From Marsupella aquatica (Eukaryota; Plantae; Marchantiophyta), in NCBI GenBank assembly GCA_973895155.1, contig OZ316898.1, positions 7,055,079-7,119,078 on the forward strand: DNA of 64,000 nt. The letters run 5' to 3'. Of this stretch, positions 63,001 through 64,000 are shown piece by piece. A program made the position numbers and the translations under genes. Position 1 is the stretch's first letter. Every line of letters begins with the position of its first letter. A model generated the notes under the pieces. It had not been told where the DNA came from and did not search any database. It saw only the letters and a list, made by a program, of their open reading frames with translations.

Positions 63001-63518
63001 GAAGTTGAGGTTCCTACTTTTGTGGGCCAACAACATGGAGGATTACTACAGTTTAGGTTATAGACAAACAAAAGGGAACCAAATGGCCCTCTACAAACAA
63101 ATATTAATCACAAGTACCCATATGTCAACCATTAACTTTAAAGACAGTCTCATTCATTGATACCAACCTGGGGGCACATGATGTCCGTTACACTGCCTTG
63201 ACACCAGGCATCTGATCAAGATTGAAGCTAGTCAAAGTTTGGGATAGGATCCTCCACAAAAACTGGTGAAAAATTTGTTTTGGAAAATGAACCGATTGAA
63301 TTCCAAGGGCAACCACTGCAAAAACCGGCTGGGCACAGAGAAGAACAAACCTAAGGGGCTACAACACACCAACCAAGAGCGGCAGCTCCAGAAGCAGCCC
63401 AGCCAGGCCACAAGGTTGCCCACTAAAAAACTTGGGCCTAGAATAGGGCGTCCCAAAGCTGGCAATTTGATGTACTTTAATCCCCTAGTTATGGGTCATG
63501 GACACAAAAAGTTATAGA

Positions 63519-63690
63519 CTACAGAATTAATAGTCCATAAATTTTTGCCATGAGTAGTGGTCTTATGCCATAACCATTAGTGCTGGTGAAAAAAAAACCC
63601 AAAAAAACTTTTACACAATTGTGAAAAATTTATGACCTATTCTTTATGACTGAATGTCATCATTCGTAATTTCCAAGCTTTGAGACACCC
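63519..63690 (+). repeat. Dispersed repeat, copy 2
   Basis: Homologous to 5375-5570 in the same orientation. Confidence 0.65.
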
Positions 63691-64000
63691 GAATAGAGCA
63701 GGCGGGGGAGCAAGGTCAGCCACCCATAAAGAGACATAACATGAGTCTGACAGCTAAGGTGCTGAAAAAAGTTGTTGCCAGCCCATTCTCAACCCCCTGG
63801 ACTTTAAGGGGGGCCTTTGCAGGGAATGACCCATAACAAATGACTGGTCACTTCCAAGATTTTGCTGTTAGATTTCATCACACCTTTAGTATTGATGTCC
63901 AGTCCATTGTGGCTTTATATACAATAGAGAAATCACTTGTACAAGAAATCTCCCAACCCTATATGCACTAGAATGGGTCCCCCAAAATGCTTATTTGGAC

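Overview
This is eukaryotic land-plant nuclear DNA: it has spliced genes, Ty1/copia elements with a tRNA-iMet primer-binding site (PBS), and MITEs. The gene style suggests a non-seed plant such as a bryophyte, but that is inference. Five host genes are supported: an ERD7/senescence(spartin)-domain gene (7827-10691, +), an intronless RPA1 of the zinc-knuckle C/E type (37039-39594, +), a class I-like small HSP with one intron (45126-46333, +), an intronless secreted SMP-30/gluconolactonase-like gene that may be horizontally acquired (49176-50387, -), and a 19-exon Ku70 with one GC-AG intron (54702-60701, -). The stretch from about 20 to 36 kb is a nest of one Ty1/copia family: a full-length 10.7-kb element (20627-31339, target-site duplication (TSD) ATATC) inserted into older copia pol sequence, a 5'-half copy, and solo LTRs. 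Three copia features stand out. (1) The full-length element carries a decayed antisense extra ORF of about 1,190 codons between the PBS and gag, which the sister copy lacks. (2) Both diverged copies have a TGA exactly at the end of gag followed by a conserved xQxYAL peptide, suggesting programmed gag/pol recoding. (3) Its U3 holds a variable 18-bp array of candidate stress-responsive motifs. A ~135-bp satellite, interrupted by a 124-bp solo LTR, lies just upstream of the sHSP. All protein-family calls are from recognition of motifs; no database search was run.
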